The notes below the pieces were generated by a model. The model made no database searches. It had not been told where the DNA came from and was given only the letters and a program-made list of their open reading frames with translations. The translations under genes were made by a program, and so were the position numbers. Positions 12,967 through 25,342 of a DNA stretch of 64,000 nt are shown here, in pieces. This DNA comes from Octopus sinensis. Its lineage: Eukaryota. The stretch's first letter is position 1; each line of letters opens with the position of its first letter. The stretch is taken from contig NC_043011.1 in NCBI RefSeq assembly GCF_006345805.1, positions 41,676,464-41,740,463 on the forward strand, given 5' to 3'.

Positions 12967-13214
12967 TGATGGTAAGATCAACAAAAAAAAAGCACTCTAT
13001 TTGGTGAGAGATAAATATTTTTTAATAGACAGAAAACAGGATTTTACGTGCTACAAATAGTTTCATATGTTGAGAAATACCTCAAACATAATCATCAGGC
13101 ACAAACAACATATTAATGGACTAAAAATTTAATTTTTAGCTCATTATAATTATGTATTGTGTCTCTATTTATCTCTTACCAAATGGAATGCTTTTTTTGT
13201 TGATCTTACCATCA
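12967..13214. mobile_element. MITE with ~50-bp terminal inverted repeats
   Basis: tgatggtaagatcaacaaaaaaaaagcactctatttggtgagagataaata versus tatttatctcttaccaaatggaatgctttttttgttgatcttaccatca. Confidence 0.75.
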
Positions 13215-13224
13215 TGGAACTGTA

Positions 13225-13575
13225 CATTTTATATCGTCATCATCATCATTGTTTAATGTCTGTTTTCCATGCTAGCATGGGTTGGATGGTTCAACCGGGG
13301 TCTGGGAAGCCAGGAGGCTGCACCAGGCTCCAGTCTGATCTGGCAGTGTTTCTACAGCCGGATGCCCTTCCTAACGCCAACCACTCCGTGAGTGTAGTGG
13401 GTGCTTTTTACATGTCACCGGCATGGGCCAGAGGAGGCTGGCAACGGCCACAATCAGTCGGTGCTTTTTACGTGCCACCGGCATGGGTGCCAGTCAAGGT
13501 GGCACTGGCATCGGCCACGTTCAGATGCTATATATTTATACCAGCATGGAAGGTGGACATTAAACGATGATGATG
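13225..13575 (-). mobile_element. RTE-type 3' UTR copy, (CAT)n end
   Basis: catcatcattgtttaatgtctgttttccatgctagcatgggttgg...ggatgcccttcctaacgccaaccactcc. Confidence 0.85.
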
Positions 13576-14108
13576 CTTTATTGATTAGTTAATAGGATGC
13601 ATCAACATGTTGGATGCCAGAACTGGCTAGGTACCATAACATAGGGTTCACTGAGTTAAAAACATCTATGAGGTATTGTCTTGGTAGTATACTGAAGGTA
13701 TGTAAATATGTAAGTACCAAATCCAGTTTAAACTGCAGATCTGACTCGGGCTTGGATATATATATTATCCACTTCCAACTATAAATGTACAAGGCTCAGA
13801 TAATGGCTGGCCCTTAGACATGTCACATGACTCACCAGTGTGTGAACTTGCCTGATGTCACATCAAACAGTCCCCCATAGGCTTTGTTATCCCAAAGTAA
13901 GCTCAGAAGACAAAAGGAAACCACTTCTGCTTTTTTCTTTCTCTCCAGAGAAAGCATAAAATTTTCCAACATTCATCTGTCTCTAGATATGGTGCATAAA
14001 CTAGCCAATGTTGTTACTACATTAAGCTATTATTTATTCTATCTTGATCCAATTCCTTCATCTTCCATTCTTTAATCTCTCTAAATTGCTACATGTTATT
14101 TTTTTTAC

Positions 14109-14135
14109 CTTCATTCTCGAAAGATGTGCTCCTGC
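14109..14135 (-). other. Candidate 27-nt micro-exon
   Basis: ttcctaatatttcag|GCAGGAGCACATCTTTCGAGAATGAAG|gtaaaa; frame-preserving (AGAHLSRMK or GRSTSFENE). Confidence 0.35.
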
Positions 14136-14939
14136 CTGAAATATTAGGAATCACTTTGTGTCCACTATTAACTATATTCAAACTATATATTTAACAGGTT
14201 CTTATTGTATGTATCTATATGCATACACACATATACATGTGTGTGTATATATCTATATGTTTAGAGTGTACACAGACATTTTATGTTTTGCATAAAGCTT
14301 TCACTGCTCGGGATCCTCTTCATCAGCTGTCAACTGAAGATCACAATGGTTTTGGCACCTTCTGGCTATAGAGTCTTTCTCCAGAAGTGTTGAGCTGTAT
14401 TGATGGGAATTCTACAATATTTTGGTTCACATCCAAACAGGAAGTTGTCTTCCATTTTCCATGCAGTCACCACACAGGACAAAGTACAGCTGTAATCATC
14501 TGTGTGCACACATATGTAGTGTGTGTGTGTGTACATGTGTGTCAGAGTGTATGTAAATTTGTGTCTGCTTGTCTTGACGTCATGTGATGTAAAATGAATA
14601 TCATTCATTTCCAATATTCTGTGAAACCATGTCCGGTCATGGGGAAATATTATCTTGCTTGGAAATGAGTGTGGGTTGACAACATGAAGATTATCCGGAT
14701 AGAGAAAATCTGGCTCAATAAACTCTGTCCAACCCATGGAAGCACAGAAAAGTGGACATTAAAATGATGGTGATGACATATTCAATATGTATGCATGTGT
14801 GCGCTGGGTTTGCATGCATACATGTGAGCGTGTTTGGATACATATATGGAAGTGCATGTATGCCTGTGTGTATGTATATATATATAATATATATATGTAT
14901 ACACATACATCATGCTGGACTGCTGAACTCTACATCTTT

Positions 14940-15110
14940 TTCAATCTCTCTCTGTATATTTCCTCTTATTCCTTTCTGTTGAAGAGCTTAGACTCGAAAC
15001 ATAAAAGACTTTTCCATTTTTCCCTAGTGTCAAAGTAATACATTTTCTTATTATTCAAACACCCGTCTTCATCTTCCGTTTTTCTATAAATTTCAGCTAT
15101 ACATATATAT
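14940..15110 (+). mobile_element. Penelope-like relic with hammerhead-like motif
   Basis: cttt-CTGTTGA-a-gagc-ttag-actc-GAAAC-at-a-aaag at 14972-15007; flanked by TA-rich repeats; related to 16090-16290. Confidence 0.6.
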
Positions 15111-15123
15111 ATACATATACATA

Positions 15124-15335
15124 CAGGGTGCGGCAGAAATACCTCCCACATTTAAAAGTTTGACAAAAGGAAAAAGAAACAACATTTTATGAAAAATTAA
15201 TTTTACTGTTGTTTAAACAAAGGGTTAGAGTTTTTGTTCATTAGCTAAATGAAAGCATCATTGGCACTTGTATAAGTTCATTAGCAACACATAGGGGAAA
15301 GTTTAAAATGTGGGAGATATTTCTGCCACACCCTG
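15124..15335. mobile_element. Tc1/mariner-type MITE
   Basis: TA|CAGGGTGCGGCAGAAATACCTCCCACATTT ... AAAATGTGGGAGATATTTCTGCCACACCCTG. Confidence 0.85.
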
Positions 15336-15343
15336 TGTATGTA

Positions 15344-15374
<31 letters not shown>

Positions 15375-16089
15375 GCATGCAGCTGAAGCAGTTTTTGTCT
15401 TGAAACTTACTTGGTGATCCTGCTGGTACCACATGAAAAACACCTAGAACACTCTCTAAAGTGGTTGGCATATTAGGAAGGGAATCCAGCTGTAGAAATC
15501 ATTCCAAAACAGGCAATGGAACCTGGTGCTTCCCCCAGCCTTACCAGCTCCTGTCAAACCATCCAACATATGCCAGCATCTGACATCAAATGATGACGAT
15601 GATGATGTATGCATGGATAAATGTATATATATATGTGTGTGTGTATTTATACGTTACATGTATGTGATTCCATTTAATTGCATATTCTCATTGATCAGAA
15701 TTCCCATTTAATTAACCATAGCATTCATTTATCCGAATTAACACTGCGGATGATTAATTACAAGATTCCAATAACCCATCTCAATATTGTGCTGGTATTT
15801 ACATAAATGTATGGATTATAGAACCAACGACCAAGCATTTCTTTATTTACTCTGTGTTTGGTGTCTGTATACTTGACCCCAGGCCAAGCTGTCTTCTCCA
15901 TCAATATGTGTAGGCATGGCTGTGTGGTTAAGAAGCTTGCTTCCCAACCACATGGTTTCAGGTTCTGTCCCACTGCATGGTACTTCAGACAAGTTTCTTC
16001 TAGTATAGCCTCAGGCTGACTGAAGCCTTCTGAGTGAATCTGGTTGATGGAAACTGAAAGAAGCCCATCACACATACATATTTATATAT

Positions 16090-16290
16090 ATATATAAAGG
16101 GAAAATTTACGAAAATAAACAAAAGACGAAGGCAGGTGGTGTACAAACAAACAGATGTATTAGTATAGCGCTCAGGAATAGAAAAAGTCTTTTACGTTTC
16201 GAGCCTATTCTCTTCCATAGAAAGACACACAGAAAAAAACAAGGAGAGAAAAAAAATGTGTGTAGTAGCTAACGATCTATCATGGCGTAA
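16090..16290 (-). mobile_element. Penelope-like relic with hammerhead-like motif
   Basis: Minus strand cttt-CTATGGA-a-gagaataggctc-GAAAC-gt-a-aaag at 16187-16224; inserted next to (TA)n. Confidence 0.6.
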
Positions 16291-17254
16291 ATATATGTGT
16301 GTGTGTTTGTGTATGTATGCTTCCTTGCCCTACTTAGTTGTAAATGAGCATCAAATTGTGCATGCAGTGTCATTGTTTTTGCAATCTTCCATGAAAACAT
16401 GTCCGGCCATTTGGCTGCTCATGTTTGAAGGACTCGGAAAAATGTCTGGTCCTTCCACTTCTGTCTCAGTGGATTTTATGGACATTAAAATGATGATTTA
16501 CGTATTTTTTCTAAGGATTTTTAGTTCCTTCTGGTACTCTTTACACAAGCTTAGCCTGGGTCACATGCCCCAGTTAAGACTTAGATATTTCTAATCACTT
16601 AACGATAACAACGAGGCTCCTGTGTGTTAATGAAGTTGATTATTAATTAATAACAAAGACAATAAAATTTCATTTATCTTTTATTCAAATCTTTCTTTTT
16701 GTAAGTCTGTTTACATTTAGATATGTAGAAGGTTTGAGAAATATGGAAGAAGGATTGAAGGTTATCTAATTGTAAATGGTTAATGCATCTATCATGAGTA
16801 CAGGAGATGCAGAGTTCAAATTGCACAGGTAGCCTTTGGTTTCTTCTTTTTTTTTTTTGTAGCCATTGAGGTTTTACATAATGAGCTATTATTTTTAGCT
16901 GTATCTACTTTGAGATAAATCATTAAAATTTGTTTTGTAAATTCTAACCAACAATGGAAGGATATCCTTACACAATTAAAAATAAAATTAAAAAAAAAAC
17001 TAAAGAATCTTTCTGTATTTTTGAATTCATTGGAATGGTAAGGATAACTTGAATACATTTGACTCTTTTAGCATCGATTGTTTGTAAACACAAAGTTTTG
17101 TTGTCATTTTAACTAATCATGGAAACGGAAGCTTCCAGAATCACATTATTCACATCAAATCAAATAAATGTTTGATTTTTTTTACTTCATTTCACTGTTT
17201 TTTCTTTACTCAAAATTGGGAAAAAATATTGTGCAATTAACCACAATCGACTGT

Positions 17255-17292
17255 ATTTGCATATGCAATTAACTGTATTTGCATATGCAAAT
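17255..17292. promoter_or_regulatory. Duplicated back-to-back octamer (POU) palindromes
   Basis: ATTTGCATATGCAATT at 17255-17270 and a perfect ATTTGCATATGCAAAT at 17277-17292, from a 22-bp tandem duplication. Confidence 0.4.
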
Positions 17293-17457
17293 AACTGGTC
17301 AATTTTACAAATAATTGATGTTAAACAGTTTTGGAAGGTTAGGCTGTTAAATACTTCATGCAGTTATTCACCATACAATTAACCAGAATCAACCATCTAT
17401 ATTTAACTGTCTGTCTATCCATCTACCCTATAACACACACACATTATATATATATCA

Positions 17458-17950
17458 ATACAGTTCTATATTTAAGAGATGAGGAATTATGTACATTATT
17501 TACATTTGACGGATATTTGTCCTCATTTTGTTTGTTGTTAACACATCTTTCAGCTGATATACCCTCCAGCCTTCATCAGGTGTCTTGGAGAAATTTTCGA
17601 ACCTAGGTTCTCATTCCTAAGGTATTTTTCGATGATGACGACGACGACAACGTCGTTGTTGTTGTTGTTATTCAGGTCACTGTCTGGAATCAAACTCGGA
17701 ATCTTGAGGCATGTGGCATAGTGGTTAAGAGTGTGGGCTACTAACCTCAAGATTCCAAGTTCGATTCCAGGCAGCGACCTGAATAATAATAACAATAATA
17801 ATAATAACATTGAAAAATACCTTAGGAATGAGAACCCAGGTTCGAAATTTCCCCAAGACACCCAATGAAGGCTGGAGGGTATATCAGCCAAAAAGTTGTG
17901 TTAACAACAAACAAGATGAGAACAAATATCCGTCAAATGTAAATAATGTA
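17458..17950. mobile_element. Palindromic tRNA-headed element with decayed hammerhead ribozymes in both arms
   Basis: Arms 17492-17709 and 17745-17950 are inverted copies around a 35-nt loop. A-box tggcatagtgg and B-box gttcgattcc. Ribozyme core gacac-CTGATGA-a-ggctg-loop-cagcy-GAAA. Confidence 0.8.
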
Positions 17951-18354
17951 TATATATCAAGTTGACAGTCTCTCTACTCTAACTGCTGTATTGAGTTCTA
18001 TTTCAGATAATGTTTGCCCTGTGTAATGTTGAGTTCGTTCACATTTACCAGTATAGAAATGTCCCATTTTTTTCAGTGGGTGTGTGCCGATGGAATGGAA
18101 GATACCACTTGATAAACAAGTGTGTATGTTGGGGTGCAGGGTGGGTTGCATAAGAAAACTATGTGGATGAAGAAAATCTACCTTAGTAAACTTTTCTGTG
18201 ACCTATCTCTGCTTAGGGAAGATGGACGTAAGAACAATGATGAGGATGAAGTTTTACTCAAAGGAATTGTTGTTGTTGCTGCTCTTGATGAGAGAACTAC
18301 ACAACTGTGATGTAATTTCATGATGTGATTTGTAGTGTATCCTGACAATTTTAT

Positions 18355-18535
18355 TATAACATCTCTCTCTCTCTCTGTATCAATGTATCCCTCTCTCTCT
18401 CTGTATCTATGTGTCCCTCTCTCTCTGTTTATCTATCTCTCCATCTATTTATCTCCGTATTTATCTATCTGTGTGTGTGTGTGTCTCTCTCTATCTTTCT
18501 ATCTTGTTTTCTCTCTCTATCTGTGTGTGTGTGTG

Positions 18536-18574
<39 letters not shown>

Positions 18575-18645
18575 CTATCTGTGTGTGTGTGTGTCTCTCT
18601 CTCTCTCTCTCTCTCTCTAGCTCTCTCTCTCTTTCTGTGCTTCTC

Positions 18646-18716
<71 letters not shown>

Positions 18717-18745
18717 CTGTGCTTCTCTCTCTCTCTCTAGCTTTC
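18355..18745. repeat. Compound (CT)n/(TCTA)n/(TG)n microsatellite
   Basis: Direct reading. Confidence 0.95.
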
Positions 18746-19950
18746 CATCCATCCATCCATTCCTTTTTATCTCTCTTCATCATCAGCTTTTTATGCCTAT
18801 TTCCCATACTGGTAGGTGTTGGATGGTTTAAAAGAATCTGACAGGTCTGAAAACTGCATCATACTCCAATGTCTGCTTTGGCATGGTTTCTGTGGCCGGA
18901 TGCTCTTCCTAACACCAACCACACTGCAGTGTATACTGGGTGTTTCTTTTTTTTCTGTGGCACCAGCACTAGTGAGGTTGCCATGCAGCTTGCAAGACTA
19001 AGAACCTCTTTGGCTTCAGTAGAGCTACAGTATGGAATGAGGTGGCTTTATGCTAGGAGCTATATCTTGCTGTTTAGTGAAACACGGGGAAGGTATAGGG
19101 GGGAATGTACTTTAAGCTTTCTGGTGGTCTGTTCTCTTTTGATTAATCTAGGTTAAGCACTCTATTGTTTGCTTAAATAAACCCTAAATTTCAATAAGGT
19201 TTGGTACCTGCATTCCCTATACTTCCAAGGACTAAGGGTATGTATCCACTCACACACCCACCTGCTCCAGATTCCTTCTGCAACAAACCTATTTCATGTT
19301 TCAAACACACACACACCATCACATAAACATACATACATGCTACTATATACTAAACTTTTATTAAATTATATTGCTGAACAAGGCTGTATACTAATTCTAT
19401 TGTCCAACCAAATTCCATACCAATTCCATTGCTTCTTGTATCATGCACCAACCAGTGTCTTTCTTGTATCCACTTCCCCTTTCTTTTTCCCCTCTCTTTC
19501 TCTTTTTGCCTTTCTCTCTCTCTCTCTCTCTCTCTTATCCACTTTCTCTTTCTCCTCCCCTTCTCTCACTTTCTCATAATTATCGACTAATTGATTATGT
19601 GATTGATCCCATAATTCCTTGTGGTATCATTGGGATGCAGATTTTGGCATGTGTTGTTGGATATTATTATTATTATTGCTGTTGATATTTATGTTAGTGT
19701 TGTTGATAGTGTTATTGGTGCTGCTGGTATTGATGCTGGTGTTGTTGTTGTTGTCATTATTGGTGCTGTTGGTATTGGTACTTTTGGTGTTGTGCTGGTG
19801 CGTTGGTGCATTGATGCAGTTCTTGTTGTTGGCATTGGTACTGGGAAGGATGGAAGGATGGGGTGGGACCATTATGCTAACAAAACAAAAAAAAGTCAAT
19901 AATAATTATTACTAATTTAACACCACCACCACCAGGGTACCCAAGGGTAC

Positions 19951-20036
19951 CTTTAACAGAATCCACTCTACTGGAAACATTATTCTCCAGTCTGAGAATA
20001 AATTCTTCCTTTCTCCAACTGCCAGTCGCAAAGACC
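19951..20036 (-). other. Candidate 86-nt exon
   Basis: gtgaccctttacag|GGTC...GTTAAAG|gtaccc; two frames open (VFATGSWRKEEFILRLENNVSSRVDSVK and SLRLAVGERKNLFSDWRIMFPVEWILLK). Confidence 0.3.
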
Positions 20037-20311
20037 CTGTAAAGGGTCACAGACTGGACACCGCCCAGATTCCTCTCATTAAACCATTATTAACGAGGAA
20101 AAGTTTAAAATAAATAAAACAAAATATCAGGGAGTTTGTAAAAATTCTACAGTGCTGTCAAAATTGTTGTGGAATTCAGCTTAGTGGCTTTATGTTCTGA
20201 GTTCAAATCCTCCTACGATGGACTTTTTACTTTCTTCTGTTTGGTTCAAGTGGTGAGAACTAATAAGATATTTGAGGTGTCGGGAAGAGGAGTGAAGGGG
20301 GGGTCAAGTCA

Positions 20312-20540
20312 AATGAACCCTTTAGTGTTTAGATTAATCTATCAAATGTAATGCTTATTTTATTCACATTGTTTTGAATTAATCAAGGATTATCTCATAG
20401 CTTTGAAATCTCATGTGATTCTTCATTTTCAGAATGACATTGAAGGGTAGGTGCAACAGGCTGGATCTGGCTAGTTTGAATATAAAACAGATGTGATATT
20501 TGGGTCTGATAGTGTTGGTTTAAATGCTAAAGGGTTAATT
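20312..20540. mobile_element. TTAA-type (piggyBac-like) MITE
   Basis: Ends tgaaccctttagtgtttaga ... tttaaatgctaaagggttaa. Confidence 0.65.
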
Positions 20541-21199
20541 AAATATTTAAATGTCTGAGAGGAAATAGTGTCTAACCAAATTATGAATAGCACCTCTTTC
20601 AAGACACTCAAGAATTGGCATAGCTTTTTTTAAAGACCTAAATTATTTCATCATCATCATCATCTTCATTGTTTTTAATGTCTGTTTTTCCATGCATGCA
20701 TCCGACAGAATTCATTGATGTACAATTTTTATGACCAGGTGTCCTTCCTATTGCCAACCATTCACTTGTTTCCAAACAAGGTACCATTTCCTGTAACCAG
20801 GTATATTTTCCTTGGAAGATTGAATGATGATGAGGATGCTTGTTTACAACCATCACATGATGTCAAGACAAGGACACATATAAATACACACACAAGCACA
20901 CACACACAATAGCCTTCTTTCAGTTTCTATCTCCCAAATCCACTCACAAGGGTTTGATCAGCCCAGGGCTATAATAGAAACCAATCTGGTTTATATTTTA
21001 AGGTGCTGTACAGTGGTATTGAACTGAGACCCATAGGGTTGGGAATCATATTTCATAACTACTTAGCCAGCCTTGCACTTATATCAGTGACAGATTAGTA
21101 GAATTGCTTTAACAGGAGACAGACCACCTTGCCTTCTGAGTTCAAATCCCACCATGTCCTATTTGGGTTGTAGACTTAATTCATTGCTCTGTTTAATAC

Positions 21200-21445
21200 A
21201 GTGCTTCTCAGCTAGGGTCCACATGACCTTTGAGGGTCCATAAAATATTTTGTTGTTAAAATTTATGTACAATAAATTGGTTATGCTTCAACCATACACA
21301 AAATATTTCAACAATTTTTTTTTATACAGTTTCTAATAATATTTAATTAAGAAATATAATGGGGCTCTTTTAAACATTGAATGCCAATGGGGGTCCACCA
21401 GAGTAAAACAGGAATCAAAGATAAAGAATGGTCAAGAAGCACTAG
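21200..21445. mobile_element. hAT/Charlie-type MITE
   Basis: TIRs cagtgcttctcagc ... ggtcaagaagcacta. Confidence 0.65.
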
Positions 21446-21484
21446 ATTAACACCACAATCAGCACCACCAGGAACCTTGCTTAC

Positions 21485-21756
21485 CTTTAGCCTAGTTCGC
21501 TCTATTGCAAGCATTTGAGTCAGGTCTTTGGTTTGGTGAATCTTGCCTGCTCATACCAAAACTCTTGGAGTCTTTGTAAATGGTTATGAACATTGCCTTC
21601 TCTCCTGCCCAAAAAGATGGAAAGCAAATGGTCTTCTGAAAATCATGTCACATTTGGATATCTCTTGTAGATCGCTGTTTATGAACCATTGATGTCCATT
21701 AATCCTTTGGATACAAACTTGCTCCAAGATCGCTGCTGGTTCTATGATTCCAATTC
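21485..21756 (-). other. Candidate 272-nt non-coding exon with strong splice sites
   Basis: ttttttattttactcattttaaaacag|GAATT ... GGCTAAAG|gtaagc; all three frames contain stops. Confidence 0.45.
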
Positions 21757-21884
21757 CTGTTTTAAAATGAGTAAAATAAAAAAACCTTCCATAAAAATTT
21801 CATTTGAATTTATTTTAAACAAGAGAAATTTTTTTAAATTTATTTAAATTTCAGACCATTTTGTGACTTTTGGCTTACCCTATT

Positions 21885-22258
21885 GTGGAGGCACAATGAC
21901 GCTGTGGTTAGGGCAGTGGACTGGCAGTCATAGGATCATGGTTTCAATTCCCAGACCAGGAGTTGTGTTTATTGAGCGAAAACACTTAAAACTCCACGAG
22001 GCTCCGGCAGGGGGTGGTGGCAAACCCTGCTGTGCTCTTTCACCACAATTTTCTCTCGCTTTTTCTTGTTTCTGTTGTACCTGTATTTCAAAGGGGTCAG
22101 CCTTGTTACACTGTGTGTCACGCTGAATCACCCCGAGAACTACGTTAAGTGTACACGTGTCTGTGGAGTACTCAGCCACTTGCATGTTAATTTCACGAGC
22201 AGGCTGTTCTGTCGATCGGATCAACTGGAACCCTCGTCATCATAACTGGCGGAATGCT
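21885..22258 (+). mobile_element. SINE family D (gtggaggcgcaatgg head) with tail X
   Basis: tRNA-like head shared with 41259-41672; tail gtctgtggagtactcagccacttgc shared with 48830-48985. Confidence 0.85.
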
Positions 22259-22269
22259 ATGACCCTATA

Positions 22270-22659
22270 GCAGTGGTCCTCGACCCGTGTCCATGTGACC
22301 CCTAGAGATTCATATAAAATTTTGAGGAGTCCATGCAACCAAAATAATAAATTACGGATCTACAGTAGTATTTGAAGGGTCCGTGAAAAACATTTTGTCT
22401 TAAATGTATTTATTACCGGAAACGGGTTTCTTTCTCTAATGTTTTGTGTAGTCCAACATGTTTCCAGCCACAGAAGCATATTTTCTCAGAGAATGTTGTT
22501 GCAAACCTTACACAAGGGAATGAGTGGAAAACAAAATAAGAATTCTGAAAGAAGTTTGTATAAAACTAGTTTATAAACATTGAACAGCTATGAGGGTCCA
22601 GCAGAATAAAGCAGGAACCAAAGGGGTTGGCAAAGTAAGAAATGGTTTGAGAAACACTG
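22270..22659. mobile_element. hAT/Charlie-type MITE
   Basis: TIRs cagtggtcctcgacc ... ggtttgagaaacactg; flanks ccctatag / ttctataa resemble a decayed 8-bp TSD. Confidence 0.75.
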
Positions 22660-23504
22660 TTCTATAAGCAACCAAACCTGATTTAAATCACATCCAACCT
22701 GATTAAAAAAGGAAGGACACAGTGGGTAACAATGTTCTTTTAAGATATATATTATGTCTGGGAAGTAGATGGGATGGTCATGGCTGGAAACCTTTGATCC
22801 TAAGTTGGCTTAATTAAGGCCAGACTGGTATGAAACAACAACAGCAAAATTTGGATGTTGTTAATTAATTAAATATCATTTTGTTTTAATAAATGAATAA
22901 AATTTATGAAATTTTAATTTTTGTAAATATTAATGTAATTTTTGAATGTCCTTAATATAAATTCTTTCCAGAAGAGTTTTAATTGGGATTTAAATGAATT
23001 CTGTGCAAAATTCTTTCAGAAATAGTTACAACAGCAACAACAACAAAAAGAAAAACTAATTATAATTGTCACTAATTAAACTTCATATTAGGTTTCTAAA
23101 ATAATATTAACATGAAGAATTAGCCTGATAAATGTTAGTATTAGTCAGTATCTAGTAATTTTAGATGTTTTAATTAATGTTCGTTATGTTGTAAGTAGCG
23201 ATATATATAATTTAGTGTTAATTGAAGTAATTGATCTCCTGTAATGTAATATCACAAAAAACAGGATCGTCTATAGTTCAAGTCAACCGAATTTCACTTT
23301 GCAAGGATTCTGGGTGACCCAAGAGGTTGTAGTAGATATTTGTCCATGGGGCTGTGCAAGAGGATTGAACATACTACTGTATAGTAATGAATGGAACTTC
23401 TGACTCACACAGCTATGCCTGTACATACAACCCTATTTGTTCTGTCACCTGATAACATAATGTATAATCATTATATATTATCATATATAATGATATTTAT
23501 ATAT

Positions 23505-23865
23505 CATCGTCATCATCGTTTAGCGTCCGCTTTCCATGCTAGCATGGGTTGGACGGTTCAACTGGGGTCTGGGAAGCCAGAAGGCTGCTCCAGGCCCAAT
23601 CTGATCTGGCAGTGTTTCTACGGCTGGATGCCCTTCCTAATGCCAACCACTCCGTGAGTGTAGTGGGTGCTTTTTATGTGCCACTGGCACAGGTGCCAGG
23701 CGAGGCTGGCAACAGCCACGATCGGATGGTGCTTTTTATGTGCCACCACACGAGGCCAGTCAGGGCGGCGCTGGCAACAGCCACGTTCAGATGGTTCTCT
23801 TACGTACCACCGGCACTGGTATCACAGCTGCAATTTCCATTGATGTTGATCGATTTCGATTTATG
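23505..23865 (-). mobile_element. RTE-type 3' UTR copy
   Basis: catcatcgtttagcgtccgctttccatgctagcatgggttggacgg...; CpG-rich, young. Confidence 0.85.
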
Positions 23866-24664
23866 ATAATAATAATAATATGATGATGATGATGATTGTC
23901 TCTAATTTTCAATGCCAGCAGGTTTTGATGTGGGGTGGGGAGGGTTTAGACAATACCGTCAACCCCCCTACTATGTGACTGGTACTTTATTTAATTGACC
24001 AAGGAAGGTTGAAAAAGCACCCAGTACACTTTGTAAAGTGGTTGGCATTAGGAAGGGCATCCAGCTGTAGAAATCTTTCCAAAACAGACTATTGGAGTCT
24101 GGTACAGCTCTTGGGCTTGCTAGCTCCTCTCAAACTGTTCCAGCCATGCCAGCATGGAAAATAGATATCAAATGATGATGATGACGAAGATGGAAGGGTG
24201 GGAAAACCAAACTGACCCCAACTGAATTTGAATTCAGAATGTTAAGAGCCATAACCAAATGCTAACAGCATTTTTTTTTTCCTTCCATTCTACCAATTTC
24301 TCCATTAATATTTTCTCTGTGTATTTATTGACATTTATTTCTAAAACATTACAATAAATTTTCCCAGAACTCTGTAGAATGGTAGAATGGTTAGTTGGAA
24401 TATTCTCATTGATTATGGGCATTTTAGTAGAGAGAAGCGAGGTAATGGGGATCTTTCTTTTTATTTTGGTTTTATTTTTTCTTAAAAAAAAAAAAAATCA
24501 AACCGAATCACAAAATCTCATATATTATAAAAAAAAATTATAATAATTAATTACAAATATAAGCATTGTTTTTTGGAGGGGTGGGGGACATTCTATGCCA
24601 CTTACTTTCTCTCACTTCACTGCCTTTCTCCATATTCTATCTATCTATCATATATATCTATGAA

Positions 24665-24771
24665 TCTATCTGTGTATATATATATATATCTGTGTTATAT
24701 ATATATATATATATAATATATATATATATATGTGTGTATATATATATATATTTATATATATGTGTTATATA

Positions 24772-24804
<33 letters not shown>

Positions 24805-25130
24805 GTGTTATATATATGTGTGTGTGTATATATATATATATATATGTGTTATATATATGTGTGTGTATATATATATCTGTGTTATATATATATGTGTGTG
24901 TGTGTATATATATATATATTATATGTGTGTGTGTATATATATATGTGTGTGTGTGTATATATATATATCTGTGTTATATATATATGTGTGTTTGTATATA
25001 TATATATAATATATCTGTGTTATATATATATGTGTGTGTTTGTATATATATATATATGTGTTATATATAGATGTGTGTGTGTGTATATATATATCTGTGT
25101 TATATATATATATGTGTGTGTGTGTGTATA

Positions 25131-25163
<33 letters not shown>

Positions 25164-25185
25164 GAATATATATTTATATATGTTT
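24665..25185. repeat. Higher-order TA/TG compound microsatellite
   Basis: Recurring ~25-30-bp unit ctgtgttatatatatatgtgtgtgtgtatatatat. Confidence 0.95.
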
Positions 25186-25342
25186 GTATTAGAGATAGAT
25201 AATTGTGGTACATACACACACGATTATTTGTACGAACGTGTAAACATGTATGATGTGTGTGCACACATACAAATATAATTACACATACACACACACACAC
25301 ACTCATACAAGCAGTGGAAGGTTCAAATGCGACACCAGAAAC

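Noticed and set aside
13596-13697. Plus-strand 102-nt open segment with AAG|gtatgt donor (DASTCWMPELARY...)
   Set aside because: Weak acceptor abutting a repeat tail, no recognisable protein and no supporting neighbours; expected by chance
17710-17780. tRNA-like sequence as a tRNA gene
   Set aside because: It has A/B boxes but the acceptor stem is incomplete and it runs into a repeat body; it is a SINE head. The same applies to 21885, 29672, 36866 and 62530-62580
21671-21770. Plus-strand 100-nt open exon candidate (IAVYEPLMSINPLDT...)
   Set aside because: Overlaps the minus-strand exon candidate, which has much stronger splice signals; no homology recognised
24368-24441. Plus-strand 74-nt exon candidate (LCRMVEWLVGIFSLIMGILVERSE)
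   Set aside because: Adjacent to SINE remnants, isolated and unrecognised; not enough support
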